From positions 1,840-65,839 of the forward strand of contig CAWEOO010000004.1 of the NCBI GenBank assembly GCA_963810725.1: a stretch of DNA of 64,000 bases, read 5' to 3'. The translations under genes were made by a program, and so were the position numbers. Source of the DNA: an uncultured Chloroflexia bacterium. GTDB lineage: Bacteria; Chloroflexota; Limnocylindria; Limnocylindrales; CSP1-4. Positions 60,755 through 64,000 of this stretch are shown here, in pieces. Position 1 is the stretch's first letter, and every line of letters begins with the position of its first letter. The notes beneath the pieces are model-generated. The model saw only the letters and a program-made list of their open reading frames with translations, did not search any database and had not been told where the DNA came from.

Positions 60755-62158
60755 GCGAGCGACGCCTGGGCCGGCTCGCCGCCGGTCTCTCGATCCTCGG
60801 AGCGATCGCCCTCAGCGCACCTGCGGCGGTCCTCGCCCACACGCTGAACCCGACCTACACGAGCCGGCTGCCGCTGGCGGTGTACCTCGCGGGCGCTGCC
60901 GCGACCGTGGCCTTGTCGTTCATCTTCGTGCTCGTCCGCGACGTCCGGGCCGAGCGCCCCGAAACCGACGGAGGCGGGCCGGCTGCCACCCGCGCCGTTG
61001 CGCCTGGCGTTGCGTGCGCTCGGGCTCCTCGCCTGGCTCTGGATCATCGCCCAGGGGATCATCGGCGGGTCCAGCAGCGCCGAGGTCGCGACCCTGTTCA
61101 TCTGGGTCTACGGCTGGGTCGGCGTGGCCATGGTGTCCGCGATCGTCGGGCCGGTATGGCATTTCCTGGACCCGTTCTCGACGCTGCACGACCTGGGTGC
61201 GGCCGTCGTCAAGCGACTCGGCGTGACGCCGTGGCAGGTGGCCGACTATCCGGACCGGCTCGGTCGATGGCCCGCGGCCATCGGTCTCGCGGTCGTCGTC
61301 TGGGTGGAGCTCGTGCTCGACGCCGGCTCCCAGACCCTCTTCATCATCCTCGTCGGCTACACGGCGTACACCCTCGCGATGATGGCGCAGTTCGGACGGG
61401 ACGCCTGGCGCTCCAACGCCGAGGTCTTCACGGTCTGGTTCCGACTGCTCGGCCGGCTCGCCCCCGTCGCCCTCGCCGACGAGATCCGGGCGCGTCCGCC
61501 GGCGGCCGTTCCTGCCAGGGCCTCCTGGAGCCCGGCTGGACGATGCCCGATGTCGTGATCATCGCGCTCGGCGTGGGCTCGATCCTGTTCGACGGGCTGT
61601 CGCAGACGCAGATCTGGTTCGACCTGTTCGGCGTGCCGGCGCTGCCCGCGCAGACCGTGCTGCTCATCGGCTTCCTCGGGATCGTGATCGCGCTCGCGCT
61701 CGCGGTCACGCGCTTCGTGGGGGTCGGGGCGACGGGCGCGGGACTCCTGCCGATCGCCGTCGGCTACCTCGTCGCGCATTACCTGACGTATCTGCTGATC
61801 GAGGGACAGCGCGGCATCATCGCGCTGTCCGACCCGTTCCAGCGGGGCTGGGACCTGTTCGGGACCGCGTTCTACGAGGTCTCGGGATCGTGGCTGCCGC
61901 CGGGCCTCGTCTGGACGGTGCAGCTCGCGGCGGTCGTCGGCGGACACATGCTCGGAGCGTGGGGCGGCCACGTGGTCGCGGCGCTGGACGCGCCGCGGGG
62001 CATGTCCGCCGGACGCTGCGGACCGGCAGATCCCGCTCGCGGTCGTCATGGTCGCCCTCACGACCCTGACGCTGTGGTCGCTCGGTCAGTCGATCGTCGT
62101 CACGCCCGAAGAGGCGCCCGCGGCTCAGACGGTCGCGACGAGTGCCCGCCGGGGCTGA
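60751..62158 (+). CDS. Polytopic membrane protein (resembles the 'fenitrothion hydrolase' FedB-like family; frameshifted)
   Basis: VLA|H...LPLAVYLAGAAATVALSF, FDGLSQT, LLPIAVGYLVAHY, SDPF..GWDLFGTA, VVGGH; GTGA overlap with copC. Confidence 0.7.
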
Positions 62159-62176
62159 CCGGGGGCCGGCACCCAC

Positions 62177-64000
<1,824 letters not shown>

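Overview
64 kb of high-GC (roughly 70% by eye) bacterial chromosome. Gene content and promoter style suggest a soil-type Chloroflexota or Actinomycetota genome (low-confidence inference). Many conserved genes (e.g. carB, the second coxL) carry single-base frameshifts that look like long-read assembly errors. Main content: (i) a ~26 kb molybdo-hydroxylase region with a form I aerobic CO dehydrogenase (coxMSL, AYRCSFR motif), a second coxS-L-M cluster of form II/xanthine-dehydrogenase type (AYRGAGR), and accessory genes (coxD, coxE, coxG, two XdhC/CoxF proteins, one fused to a YHS domain, a MocA-methyltransferase fusion, a Moco-binding protein); (ii) an ABC exporter-rsgA-GNAT-USP operon behind a leader-peptide/terminator attenuator; (iii) two Tad minor-pilin cassettes with a duplicated promoter/operator, each followed by a paralogous small membrane protein; (iv) housekeeping and accessory genes (class II aldolase, AAA+/VWA pair, M16 peptidase pair, SRAP, rhomboid, CopC, carB). 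The least explained signal is five intergenic loci built from different REP-like units. The units have 6-3-6 palindromic cores and are arranged as inward-facing direct/inverted arrays, suggesting a diversified non-autonomous mobile repeat system. No rRNA, tRNA, CRISPR array or transposase was recognised.
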